Virus record (IMG/VR): IMGVR_UViG_3300025834_000005
Direction: 5' to 3' (one strand)
Length of the DNA: 64,000 nucleotides
Source: a virus
The notes under the pieces were generated by a model, which was not told the origin of the DNA, did no database searches, and saw only the letters and a list, made by a program, of their open reading frames with translations. Below, in pieces: positions 61,201-64,000 of this stretch. Within the stretch, counting starts at the first letter, position 1. Each line of letters starts with the position of its first letter. The translations under genes and the position numbers were made by a program.

Positions 61201-62257
61201 AAGTCCTTAATAATTTAGTGATTTTATTATTATCAGTTAAATCATAAGCTTTTAGTGATGATGTTGTCAAAAATCTGGCAATTAAGTCAGTTTTTATAGC
61301 ATCAAATTTACCGCCAATATTTAATAATGCCTCTAAAAATTGCTTATAAGGCATATTATTTATGTCTATATTATAGCCATCAATGGTAGGCCATATCAAG
61401 TTACTGTTAATATATTCAATCTCGCCATCATCATTTATTGATGGATTATTTACAGTGAATGAAAAACCTTTATCAACCCTCTCTGATAACATATATCTCT
61501 CATAATCCTTCAAGCCAAGTCTATATTCATCGAATACATTAACATTTGGCTTTATATGGAAGTCAAACTTACCATAAGCTGAATTATTTGTAAACTCAAA
61601 AGGATTGCCTTCTGCTGTGATAATTATAAAATCGTTTACAGAATCGTATCCTGTAAAACTTGTTATCTTATATGAATTTTCGGAATTGAATGTAGACCAT
61701 ATTGCGTATTTCTCAAATGATATGCAAACATTACTTAATTCAGTACCTGTATAGTGTGTGCTAAAGTCACTGTTATATGTTAAATTAAATTTACTATCTA
61801 TAACAGATACAGGCACTTTGAAGGTTGAGGTATTGCTTATTGGGTCGAATAAATAATCATAATATGTTACGATTTGACTCCTATCCTTCTGTGAATTAGA
61901 GAACAAGCTACCTGGGAAATTACTGATTATGTTTTGCACAGCAAATCTAAAATACTCATAAGCAGAGCCAAATCTAATATATTTATTTATGTCAGATTTT
62001 TCTAAATTTAATTTTATCTCATTGGTGTTAGAGAAAATTAAATCGGATTGTGTTTTGGTAACGCCGAGGGTCTCCAATGTGATAGGCTTTACGAATCCGC
62101 TCAGCTTATTACTATGATTGACAGTTCTTTTGTTATCGAAATTTGAAGTAACTCTAAACTTACCGAATGAAAAAATGGTTTCAGATGTAATGTTATTAAA
62201 GTTTCCACCATTGACATTCTGATCCTGATTATATGTTAAAACTCTTTTTATAGCCAC
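58259..62257 (-). CDS. giant tail fibre/adhesin-like protein with poly-Thr linker and SprB-type repeat (GTG start)
   Basis: 1332 aa; TTTTTTTTTVSP linker followed by TTVGASDGTATVAVVGGSSPYDYVWS, which resembles the SprB repeat G.sDGs..v.v.GG..PY.Y.W. Confidence 0.55.
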   Translation of the reverse strand: MAIKRVLTYNQDQNVNGGNFNNITSETIFSFGKFRVTSNFDNKRTVNHSNKLSGFVKPITLETLGVTKTQSDLIFSNTNEIKLNLEKSDINKYIRFGSAYEYFRFAVQNIISNFPGSLFSNSQKDRSQIVTYYDYLFDPISNTSTFKVPVSVIDSKFNLTYNSDFSTHYTGTELSNVCISFEKYAIWSTFNSENSYKITSFTGYDSVNDFIIITAEGNPFEFTNNSAYGKFDFHIKPNVNVFDEYRLGLKDYERYMLSERVDKGFSFTVNNPSINDDGEIEYINSNLIWPTIDGYNIDINNMPYKQFLEALLNIGGKFDAIKTDLIARFLTTSSLKAYDLTDNNKITKLLRTYGYEFDQLRIFVDSLQYVNRVSYDKKDNVPDAFVSNLAQTFGWDYFPITNEVDLMNSLLSVDDKERNLNSDLLPLEIDIEVWRRILINTNYYWKSKGTRDAIKSIFLLIGIPEPFINITEYVYTVDGKINPAENSPLRIKQNYPTNSLPFDVNGYPVAPLETNDFYFQVSGNTDSGQDYMNVFRKAGFDLYQTIDNKKSWVQSGETIRSHQSTPQYYQEDSRLVLNTKEVDVGLDVARGIEYDMFSYAKTNAIPDSNFFINLSLDHSNSDTVFTLPYMPEGDVEVRFNGILLSTNRSGNTGTTSYDIDYSLSGNVVTLNNPVSGSDDVVEITYIYKNSLVANDTLVRYISTRVSANAVGTILQLPSEPNGKVQLTINGIELINAGTGTGIDGDYKINPSDPTQILILNSFFTDYLIIDPIVQVTFVIVSNNTVNMDNEILYYNSSDNSKVFFDTTIGKYVLMINYRVNKPSDIKILMNGIGLAVNSDYYMDISNPYKIVLTQPIAHYTVFSVYYLNTYKVYGIDNITQLSFMDFIDQTQKNLINAKNRKTITDGKGGWYPSLLKVYLDYLKNGLSQVDDLNHSNGYTFSNLYAFLNKYNAFFHKFVDKLLSPTIILRKSGMIVRNSMFTKQKFAYRRGAYMGMIALSGDTENATVFNTDYNFKYLGDDGSIIKKLQPMPLYEWLDDVVTTTTTTTTTTVSPCVSNPMTISFTSTNPTTVGASDGTATVAVVGGSSPYDYVWSVGQYTLNSSSATNTSTGLSGGSEIMIMVTDSMGCSVTGSTIVGAFVFDADYMVLTYQFTDGSDLDTRTRIVSPNIGQSTQQDYLGWGVPSGSSGSGRTIYPSTGIPILTWGGDNMGIGFEAVKIDLINFKTLYPLEDTIVVDARAFWYGVSGTTAVNVAASLYKGGTMIRQADTGTGYNFINTGYTSTYNIDSTSTVVLSTGYPVKALSSGDRVATLTYTISTGLGYINGNDTLTPSV
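59109..59138 (-). repeat. 9-bp tandem repeat (about 3.3 copies) encoding poly-Thr
   Basis: gttgtggtg occurs three times on the + strand. Confidence 0.8.
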
Positions 62258-62258
62258 A

Positions 62259-62295
62259 GTTTTGCTTTTTTAATAAATACATAAAAAAGCAAAAC
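62259..62295 (-). terminator. intergenic hairpin whose loop carries the GTATTTAT motif
   Basis: GTTTTGCTTTTTTA / TAAAAAAGCAAAAC 14-bp stem, 9-nt loop. Confidence 0.55.
62273..62280 (-). promoter_or_regulatory. GTATTTAT motif copy
   Basis: Minus strand TTTTATGTATTTATTAAAAAAG, 15 nt upstream of GTG 62257. Confidence 0.4.
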
Positions 62296-62310
62296 TTAAT
62301 GGCGTGAAAA

Positions 62311-63213
62311 TTATATACCTTCAGGTATTATCTGGGTGGCATCAATGTTATCAACTCGTTTTCTTTTTGCTTCTAACGATACAGATTTTGTAATATCATC
62401 CTCATAGGTTAATAAGTCATACTGAGTCCTAATAATACCCTCACCATCGTATAACGTTAATATACCATTATCAACATCCTTTAGTTGATTTCCAAGTAAC
62501 ACATCCGATAAGGTCTGGACTGTATTTTCAACAAATTCAACCTCAATTGACACTGGCGTAAAATTTGTATTAGATAGGATTATATATTGCGATGGTATGC
62601 CTATAAATGGTAATACATTAGGCTTGATCTCTGAAGGACTACTTGGCGTCAACTGAAGAAATATAAGTGTACCAGAGTCGTCTAATCGATATCTGATAGC
62701 TTTTTGTGATGTTGAGCCTACATTCTCCTGAACAGGCACAACCTTATTTGAGGTTACAACAGTTCTTGTGACGTTTCTAAGTTTTGTGAGGTCTTGATTG
62801 ATATACTCAATTCTATAACCCTGTAAAGCATTATTCGATTTTAAAGCCGATGATGTTAATAATGTTGAATCAATTATAATACCTTTAGTTGTTGGCATTG
62901 CTGATAATACACCGCAATCCAATATAGGTATAATGTAAGATTTAGGCTTTAAATATATTGTATATATCCCCTTTTGATTAAAAATAGATGCTGGTAATTT
63001 TAGATTATACATTCCCTCTATAAGATTTTCCATACCAGATACATATTCGCTATCAGTGGTTGAGATCGTACAGTACTCTAAAACAGATGCTGAGGGAACG
63101 GATACCATTAAAGTATTGCTTGTTTCTCTATTTGATACGAAATTATAATAAACGCTAATATCATCAATACTAACATCGGATGATCTTATTGCGCCAGTTA
63201 CACCTATACTCAT
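62311..63213 (-). CDS. hypothetical protein (virion-module context)
   Basis: ORF track; preceded by a GTATTTAT copy. Confidence 0.5.
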   Translation of the reverse strand: MSIGVTGAIRSSDVSIDDISVYYNFVSNRETSNTLMVSVPSASVLEYCTISTTDSEYVSGMENLIEGMYNLKLPASIFNQKGIYTIYLKPKSYIIPILDCGVLSAMPTTKGIIIDSTLLTSSALKSNNALQGYRIEYINQDLTKLRNVTRTVVTSNKVVPVQENVGSTSQKAIRYRLDDSGTLIFLQLTPSSPSEIKPNVLPFIGIPSQYIILSNTNFTPVSIEVEFVENTVQTLSDVLLGNQLKDVDNGILTLYDGEGIIRTQYDLLTYEDDITKSVSLEAKRKRVDNIDATQIIPEGI

Positions 63214-63229
63214 AAACTATTATTTGTTA

Positions 63230-63237
63230 ATAAATAC
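63230..63237 (-). promoter_or_regulatory. GTATTTAT motif copy
   Basis: Minus strand TTGTCGTATTTATTAACAAA, 16 nt upstream of ATG 63213. Confidence 0.4.
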
Positions 63238-63245
63238 GACAATTA

Positions 63246-63917
63246 TTATATATTATTAATGATATTAAAAAATCCACCACCCACATATGTCTCAAGCTGT
63301 AATATGCTATCAATATGCTCAAGTCTATAGACAGAGTCGAAAACGCTAATATTTTGACGATCAATAAACACATCACTAATAATATTGGGTTCTGTAGCCA
63401 AACCAACAATTAAATCATCGGTATAAATAATCTCATCGTTAACAACCATTATTCCCATCGTTAATCGCTGATTCATAGCATTACTAAGAGACTCAGCGAA
63501 ATCAGGCGATGTATATCCCATACCCTGAAAATTAGCCACCGTAACATTATTAAGTTTGTTATCGATATATTGGATATTATCAATATAATAAACGATATGA
63601 GTGCCGTCATCTGATACCACGCCAGTACCACCTGTTATCGGTCTGATAATGTAATAGTCACTTAATGTAGCCGCTGTTGCTGGAGCATATTTAGTTAATT
63701 CTGAAAGTCTTGACTGAACAGTAGCTCCCGATATAAAGCATGTTGTACCAGAAAATGATGTTGTGGCTGATAAGGGCGGCTCATTATAAACCAAATCTGT
63801 TGTTAAGCATATATTAAAGCTATAAACAGCATCTAAATCATCAACAAATTTAAAAGTACCGTCGTTATTAAACTCCTGTTTTACTTTCCACAATATTTTC
63901 TTCTTAATCAATTCCAT
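63246..63917 (-). CDS. hypothetical protein (virion-module context)
   Basis: ORF track. Confidence 0.5.
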   Translation of the reverse strand: MELIKKKILWKVKQEFNNDGTFKFVDDLDAVYSFNICLTTDLVYNEPPLSATTSFSGTTCFISGATVQSRLSELTKYAPATAATLSDYYIIRPITGGTGVVSDDGTHIVYYIDNIQYIDNKLNNVTVANFQGMGYTSPDFAESLSNAMNQRLTMGIMVVNDEIIYTDDLIVGLATEPNIISDVFIDRQNISVFDSVYRLEHIDSILQLETYVGGGFFNIINNI

Positions 63918-64000
63918 TAAATATCAGTTCTTTTTCTTAAATACACTCTAATATCCTTTTCAGGGTATTTTATTTCGAACATTGAGTCAGGGTCAGAATA

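Noticed and set aside
63227-63409. 60-aa minus-strand ORF overlapping the 3' end of 63246-63917
   Set aside because: It is an out-of-frame overlap with a longer ORF and covers the GTATTTAT motif region. It is likely spurious.

Overview
The window looks like a contiguous piece of a tailed dsDNA phage or prophage genome. It is AT-rich by eye and densely packed, with many ATGA/TAATG stop-start overlaps. The host is probably a member of the Bacteroidota. Supporting hints are a Bacteroidetes-style tyrosine integrase, TAnnTTTG motifs, an SprB-type repeat and Thr-rich linkers in tail-fibre-like proteins. Layout: (i) a + block at 1-5660 with a macro domain, MazG-like protein, glucosaminidase-like hydrolase, DHH/DHHA1 phosphoesterase and a GIY-YIG endonuclease broken by one TGA. 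(ii) A - island at 5772-10429 with the integrase and tail-fibre-like genes, including an SGNH esterase. (iii) A + block at 10627-37326 of about 55 mostly small genes. It is cut into cassettes that each start with the same promoter-like motif, TTGTAAC-N16-CGTATAA (13 canonical copies plus 2 variants in the window). (iv) A - block at 37377-63917 with recombination and replication genes (fused SbcD-SbcC, primase, ECF-like sigma factor, RuvC-like resolvase) and large virion or tail-fibre genes. These are preceded by a second recurrent motif, GTATTTAT. The most unusual content is an RNA-centred module. A Ro60-like TROVE+vWA gene (25068-26501) is followed, within one promoter-terminator unit, by six tightly packed structured RNAs (26563-27120). 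Four are Y-RNA-like stem-loops sharing a conserved module with helix covariation. One is a Lys-type tRNA-like gene carrying a circularly permuted copy of that module as a 51-nt insertion. One is a degenerate T-arm-bearing element. RtcB RNA ligase, a minimal nucleotidyltransferase and a PTH2-like protein lie elsewhere in the same block. Other leads are a PurA/PurZ-family gene with MazG-like and HD-domain genes, a possible macro plus ART-like ADP-ribosylation pair, and a MazG-like gene that needs a -1 slip in an A8 run to reach its family-typical C-terminus. All domain calls come from motifs read by eye in the supplied translations. No database search was run.
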